Assembly: GCF_009914755.1 (NCBI RefSeq)
Contig: NC_060932.1
DNA: 64,000 nucleotides
Strand: one strand, 5' to 3'
From: the human T2T-CHM13v2.0 reference genome, Homo sapiens
Below the pieces are notes generated by a model that was given only the letters and a program-made list of their open reading frames with translations, was not told the DNA's origin and ran no database searches. Within the stretch, counting starts at the first letter, position 1. Every line of letters starts with the position of its first letter. Shown here piece by piece: positions 36,971 to 64,000 of the stretch. A program made the translations under genes and the position numbers.

Positions 36971-37137
36971 TTACCATCTTTCTCCTTTTTAGCTTAACTT
37001 CTTTTAAAATCATTTTTGCAAGTTTCATTTTATTTCTTTACTGTCATTAACCTTTTACCACCTTTCTCCTTTTTAGCTTAATTTTCTTTAAAATCATTTT
37101 TGCAAGTTTAATTTTATTTCTTTACTGTCATAACCTT
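36971..37137 (+). repeat. 84-bp tandem duplication (2 near-identical copies)
   Basis: Copies start at 36971 (ttaccatctttctcc) and 37055 (ttaccacctttctcc). Confidence 0.93.
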
Positions 37138-38498
37138 CTAATTGTTGATATGGCTCTTTAAGATTACAAAAATATTCTGTTTGAAAACCTAAGGTGATTT
37201 TATCCTTTTATCTCATGTACCTACAGGTTTAGCTAGATTTTAAACAAGAAAGTGAAAATATTTGTATATGTAGTATTTTAAATTCAGAGATAGTTTTCTG
37301 TTTCCCATAAGCACGGATTCCTTTCTTAAACATTTTAAGTCAGATACCAGTAAGCCACTTTTTGTTTGTTTTGTTTCTGTTTTTGATACTGCGTCTTGCT
37401 GTGTTGCCCAGGCTGGTCTCGAACTCCTGGCCTCAAGTGACCCTCCTGCCTTGGCCTCCCAAATTGCTGGAATTACAATCAAGAGCCACTGATTTCCAGT
37501 ATTAATAAGAAAAAAATTTTGGTCCTGACAGCCCATAGATTTAGGTGACCTGATCAAAAAGTGATATGTTATTACTCTTGACTGTGGCATTTTATGTCAA
37601 CTCTTTTTATAGTTTCATCTTGTACTTTATTTTTGTTTTTCTACAAAGTCTGTGTCAGTGTAATTAGACTTAAAGATCTGAGGCAGCTGTTTTGATTTGA
37701 ATGTCTAATTCTGATGAAGGGCTTCAGAATTATTTTTTCCACTGTAGAGCAGGGAAATAAAGCTTTCTTTGATTGGACACCAGCACCTATCTGCTCTATC
37801 TAGCAGAACTTTTCTGGGATCTAGAGAATTTCCATACTTTCACAGGACGAAGTTTTTTTTTGTTTTTTGTTTTTTTTAATTTTGTTTACATTTAGATAGG
37901 ATTTTTTATTTACTGGATGGTCATTTGATCTGGCCATCAATGTGCTCTGTTTACCATCAGGGATTTGATGGATTTACTTGTAGAAATTTTACATGTGATC
38001 ATTGGAATTTTAAGTGTGGATTATTATGAATTAGTACAGTTGTTTTGGTAGACTATTAATAATCAGTCTCTATTAATTGATTTTAAAAATCAATTAGTTA
38101 GAATTTGAGATTAGGAGGCCTACAAGAGAGGTATCACCTCTCTCTTAGCTTGGCTGAAGTCTGTGTTTATCGTCACTGTTATTGGTGAGGTCATTGCTTG
38201 AATGTTATAATAAATGGCCTTCTAATTGGACTGACTCTAGACCATTACTCTTCTACACACACTCACAAATATCTCTTATTTTTTTGAAGCTCATGTGACC
38301 TGACTATATAATCATTTGTGGTCCTCTGATAGCTATCATCCATTGATTTTGTGGTCCCTCCCCCACTGTGACTGAAAATTTTGTTACCTGGTTCACAGAC
38401 TTTTTTTTTTCCAATTGAAGTTCATCCATCTTGGGTCATTTCAGTGTCCATATGGATTCTTACATAACTCTCTAGCAACACAATTCCTTGATTTTTAA

Positions 38499-39095
<597 letters not shown>

Positions 39096-39189
39096 CTCTT
39101 TTTTTCTTTTTTAAAATAAGTCAATGTTTGTGTGTGTGTGTGTGTTTTTTTAATTGAAACGAAATTCACATAACATACAATCAACCATT

Positions 39190-47830
<8,641 letters not shown>

Positions 47831-48228
47831 TTTTTTAATTATTTAATTATTTATTTATTTTTTATTTTTAGTATACTTTAAGTTTTAGGGTACATGTGCA
47901 CAACATGCAGGTTTGTTACATATGTATACATGTGCCATGTTTGTGTGCTGCACCCATTAACTCGTCATTAAGCATTAGGTATATCTCCTAATGCTATCCC
48001 TCCCCGCTCCCCGCACCCCACAACAGTCCCCATTGTGTGATGTTCCCCTTCCTGTGTCCATGTGTTCTCATTGTTCAATTCCCACCTATGAGTGAGAACA
48101 TGCGGTTTTTTTGGTTTTTTGTCCTTGCGATAGTTTGCTGAGAATGATGGTTTCCTGGTTCATCCAGGCCCCTACAAAGGACATGAACTCATCATTTTTT
48201 ATGGCTGCATGGAATACTATGCAGCCAT
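47831..48228 (-). mobile_element. Short, younger L1PA 3' end (L1PA3-like) ending in a fold-back junction
   Basis: Second L1PA 3' UTR directly abutting the previous L1; hairpin at 48201-48228. Confidence 0.88.
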
Positions 48229-51400
<3,172 letters not shown>

Positions 51401-51949
51401 TCATCCTCATTCCTCCATCCAGTGGAGGTGGCAGGGGGTGAAATGGACTCTGTGAGGGTCATCCTTAGTTTTGGTTGTTTAATGCTCTATCTTTGTGCTG
51501 GTTGGCCTTAAACATGTAGATGAATTTCACAGGAATATTTTTACTGTGTTGAGTCTTACAATCCATCTACACAGTACGCTTCTCTAATTATTTAGATTCC
51601 TTTGTATTTCTTTCATCAGCATTTTCTTTTTTCAGCATGTAAGTCCTATATATGTTTTGTTAGATTTATACCTAAATATTTTATTTCCTTTGGGGCATTT
51701 TTAATATTATCATATGTTTAATTTTTTATTTTGATTGTTCATTGTTAAGTTATAGAAATGCAATTTATTTTTCTGCATTGATCTTGTGTCCTGTGACCTT
51801 GCTTAACTGTTTAATTTTAGGAGTTTTTTGGGTGGATTCCTTTAGATTTCCTCCATAAATAATAATACCACCTACATAGACAATAATATCACCCACAAAA
51901 AGTATTTTTTTTTTTGTTTCCAGTCTGTATGCCTTTCTACCCTTTTTAA

Positions 51950-52690
51950 ACTTATAAGTTAATATTTATACCTCATGGATTCTGCCTCCATGATGCCGTT
52001 GTAAGCACTTTGGCAGAGCTCATTAGTAACATCAAGCTTAAAAAATCCAGTGTATTCTTTTCATTTATTTTTTGATTCTCATTTACCTTTGCCATTTAAT
52101 ACTTGTCATCTCTTTCCAAAAACTTCACTTTCTTGGCTCCTCTGATTCTTTCCCTACATCTTTGGCACCCTGTCTCTGGCTCCTGTTGTTACTTTTCTGC
52201 TACCTATCCCACATTTAAATAGGAGTTTTGTAGGTTTTCGTTATTTTAGTGCTCACTCTCCTTGGATAATTTTATTCCCAATGGATTTAGTTATCATTAT
52301 ATATTTTTTACTCACAAAATGCTATTTTAGGGGTCAGTCTTTTTTTTCCTGAACTCCAGCATAAGAGCTAAATGGGCCTTCACCTATATGTCCCATAGAA
52401 TGTTCCAAACTGAAATCATCTTAAACCTCAAATCCTTTCCTCTTTATGTATTTTCTGTGTCAGTGAACAATTCCACTGTGTGCTTTCAATCCAAACCAGG
52501 AACCCTGAGGTCGTCCTTAACTTTACCCATCCCTTATATCAATTATTCATCAGTCTGTTTTCTACTGCTTTCCTATCTCTTGAGTGTATCTATTAGCTTT
52601 CATTGGTACTTCGAATCATTTTTCACACTGTCTCTAGACATGATATTCTTAAATGTGGGTCATTTCCTCAAAACTTCTTTTCTAGTTCAG
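51950..52690 (+). mobile_element. L2 fragment
   Basis: cctgaactccag...aaactgaaatcatc...aaaccaggaaccctgaggtcgtcctt motifs; degraded. A similar relic may lie at ~38300-38770. Confidence 0.55.
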
Positions 52691-52753
52691 TGATTTTCTC
52701 AGATCATAAACTTATGTGCAACTCATAAGAAAGAGACTGAAATTTTTTGTAAT

Positions 52754-53268
52754 CTAGTTGTTTTCGAAGTGTGATCTGAAGACCTCCAGGTGTTCCCAAG
52801 TTTTTTCTTTTTATATACAAAATCAACATTATTTTTCTAATACTAAGACATGATTCATGATTTACTTTTTTCACCCTCATTTTCTCATGAATGTAGTGTG
52901 GAATTTTCCAGAGGTTATGTATGGCACTGGAACAGACTGACGGCAGAAGCAAATATGAGAATGTAGCTGTCTTCTCTTAAGTCAGATTTAAAAAAAAATA
53001 TAATGCCCCCTTTTTTTATTTTTGTTTTAGAAAATATAGCTATTTTTCATAAAATATGAAAACCCTAAAATCTATCATTTATTTTAAATTATCCATAATA
53101 TAATTATAATTAACAAATAATGGATTTATTTAAAAATAAGTCATAAAATATATAAACATATATATTAGAATTTTTTTCTTTTGTATTTCTACTATGGTAA
53201 ATATGTGATTCTCAGTAATTTTTAACACATTAAGAGGTCCTGAGATTAAAATATATCAGGATTGCTGG
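52754..53268. mobile_element. Charlie4a-like hAT element
   Basis: taatactaagac...gtggaattttccagaggtta...gcagaagcaaatatgagaat.tagctgtcttct matches the recalled consensus. Confidence 0.6.
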
Positions 53269-53821
53269 TCTCATGCATATTAATACATAGCAATCAAAAT
53301 TGAATTATTTTAAATTGGCAAGCAACTTGACTGAATTTATAATTTTGGAAGTTGACTTTTTTCACAGTGGAGGGGAAGGGATTGGAGGAAATAATTTCAG
53401 AGAATTAGTTAGATTCTTTTTGCCATATTTTAGAAGAAAAGTTATGGAGCCCAGATGGAACTAAGTCATTGTCTGTGGCATTGGAGAGGTGGTGATAGGT
53501 TGTGAAGGAGGATATACAGAGGAAGTTCTGGGATGACTTATGGAATTTTACTTTAGGATGATTGGTGTGGATTTTGGTGCTGTTGATTTAGATTCTTTTC
53601 AGACTTGTCTGTCTAGCTCATCATATGCTAACATTACTAGTAATTAGATCTCACTGAAGGATAATACAGAAAGTAGGCATAGTACATTGTGTGTAAACCA
53701 CATAGAAAATTACCATTTTAGTACTTATTTCCTTTCTTTGAAGGAAAAGTTGAAAAGTTCTTTATTCAACACATGCTTACTGAGTTTTATAACACTGTAC
53801 TGAATGCTATGGATATAGTAG

Positions 53822-54193
<372 letters not shown>

Positions 54194-54229
54194 CTTTTTG
54201 GAGTTTTAAGAAGACTGTATCAATTGATA

Positions 54230-54350
54230 CAGTCTGCCCTCTGTACCACGGATGTGAAGCCCATGGATGCAGAAGGCTGACTGTAAGGTATTTGAGCATC
54301 CACAGGGGTCCTAGAAACAATCTCCTACAGATACTGAAGTATGACTATCT
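54230..54350. mobile_element. MER2-family (Tigger) short relic
   Basis: tacagtctgccctctgta ... gtcctagaaacaatctcc...gatactgaag. Confidence 0.5.
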
Positions 54351-54405
54351 ATCATGAGTGGTTTATGATTTTAATTTTAACATGAAGTATTGTTTGTAAT
54401 CTTAG

Positions 54406-57500
<3,095 letters not shown>

Positions 57501-57812
57501 TAATTCCTTAATACATAAGAATACATTATTCTCTTATAATAGTTTAAGGTATTCAGATATTTTCTTAACCATTACTGAAAGTATCTGTGGATATAGATGG
57601 GCACTCAAGTATAGAATAGATGTTAGAGGATTGCAACTACAAAATAAAGTATTTCTTAATTATTTTAAAAATGAATATAGTAAACATTATGGCCTTTTTT
57701 CCTTTATTTACTTATTTTTAAAGCAGGATGCATTTTTTTAGGAGCCAGAGTCTCTTTTATAGCAATAGTGAAATGAATTATTGTAATCTGAACACTTAAC
57801 AATCCATAAATT

Positions 57813-62360
<4,548 letters not shown>

Positions 62361-63123
62361 TAAGAAATCCATAAATTTTGGAATGCCTTGGACACAACAG
62401 CAACAAGAATCTATAAATATTATGCTTGCTAATAGTATAATGTATAATTTAACCCTTTTAACCTTTACTTCAATTCCTTAAAGTCTTTAAAATCTCAGTT
62501 GGCATCAAAAGTATTACTGAGAAAATTCTTTTGTGCTTTACCGCAAATTTATCTGAAATGCATTCTTTTCTTCTTATACATTGAATACTCTCGGAGTTCG
62601 TTGTTTTGGAATTATATGTGATTATAAGATATTTCCTGTTTTTTCCTCCCATGCTCCCATTGTTTTCCCATGACACTTTTAGATATTTATCATGTTGGCT
62701 AGATTTCGCCTTTTACTTTTGCATATGTTTGGAATATGCTATTTTATATTATGTAGCTCTTACGTGTATTATTTATTTTCCGAAATATTTGTATTTTTCT
62801 TCTCCCTTGAGCCTCTTTATCTTCTTCAGCCCATTTTCTTACAGATACTTCCTTTCCTTTCCTTTCTTTTCTTAACCCTTTAGTCTTTCATTAGAACTGT
62901 TAAGGAATAACAGAAGAAATACCTTGTCTTCTTTCCAGTACTTTTGCCAAGCATAAATTTTGTGCTTTTTTCTTCCCTAGCTGTTTTATAGATTTTCTTA
63001 TAATTCAGACATATTTGTGGTCTGAACTTTTTGCCTTTTATAATGAAATCACTAGGTTACAAAGCATTTATAAGTTGTGTAGTTTATTCTGTAAATTTTT
63101 AATAAAGACAGATGATTTAGAGT

Positions 63124-63690
63124 AGGGGTAATCAAACTATGCCCCATGGGCTCACTGCCTGTTTTTGTAAATACAAGTTTTTTGGAACACATCCACTCTT
63201 ACTTGTATAAATATTGTGTTTGGTTGCTTTCATGCTCCAATGGCAGAATTGAGAAGTTGCACATATTAGGCCGTTTTCACACTGCTATAGAGAACTACCT
63301 CAGACTGGGTAATTTATAAAGAAAAGGTTTAATTGACTCACAGTTCTGCATTGCTGGGGAGGCCTCAGAAAACTTACAATTATGGCAGAAGGCGAAGGGA
63401 AAGCAGGGCACATCTTAGGTGGCAGCAGGGGTGGGGGGAATGCCACACTTTAAAGGCCATTAAATCTCATGAGAACTCACTCACTATCACGAGAACAGCA
63501 TGGGGGAAACCATCCCTGTGATCCAGTCACCTCCCACCAGGTCCCTCATTTGATTTGTGGGAACTACAATTCTAGATGAAATTTGGGTTGGTACACAGAG
63601 CCAAACCATATTATTTTGATAAAGCCTAAATGGCTTGCAAGCCTAAAATATTTATTGTCTGGCCCTTTACAGAAAGTTTGCCTACTCTTA
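63124..63690 (-). mobile_element. MER58A split by a THE1D/MSTA-type solo LTR (~63262-63613)
   Basis: MER58A halves flank gactgggtaatttataaagaaaa...gagccaaaccatatt LTR sequence. Confidence 0.82.
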
Positions 63691-63867
63691 TTTTAAAGTA
63701 TATGATCATTTAAAAGTGACATTTAATTCTATTAAAAGTAAAAGCATAAAATAATTTAAAAATTATATATATTTTTCTAGATTGTTATAGGAATTTGCAT
63801 GTTGGTAATTGCTAAAATTTGATAACATAATACCTACATAATTTGAGCCCTTAAATAAATGGAGTCA

Positions 63868-64000
63868 GGCTGGGTATGGTGGCTCACTCCTGTAATCCCT
63901 GCACATTGGGAGCCTGAGGTGGGCGGATTGCCTGAGCCCAGGAGTTAGAAACCTGCTGGGGCAACATGGTCAAACCCCATCTCTACAAAACAGTACAAAA
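63868..64000 (+). mobile_element. Alu left arm, cut by the window end
   Basis: ggctgggtatggtggctcactcctgtaatccc... Confidence 0.88.

Overview
Human (hominoid) genomic DNA containing the 5' end of VPS13B (COH1, Cohen syndrome gene) on the + strand. It includes a CpG-island promoter (~7640-8420), non-coding exon 1 (~8001-8082), exon 2 (8495-8670, ATG at 8524) and exon 3 (33137-33280); no further exon was recognised. The rest is repeat-dense upstream and intronic DNA: ~35 Alus, nested old L1M/L1PB and younger L1PA elements, a full-length antisense SVA, Tigger/Charlie DNA-transposon relics and MaLR LTRs. Almost all ORF-track entries are repeat-derived. I cannot support a wholly new multi-gene system. 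The best leads are: (1) an L1 ORF0 homolog that stays open for 181 aa, runs out of the L1 into unique intron DNA and ends on an AATAAA, antisense to VPS13B; (2) a perfect 13-bp inverted ETS-motif pair framing a bidirectional promoter; (3) the antisense SVA; (4) an apparent L1-insertion-mediated deletion with a fold-back junction; (5) a fish V-SINE-like passenger inside Tigger3b. Repeat subfamily names come from recalled consensus sequences, not from a search, and repeat boundaries are approximate unless a TSD is given.
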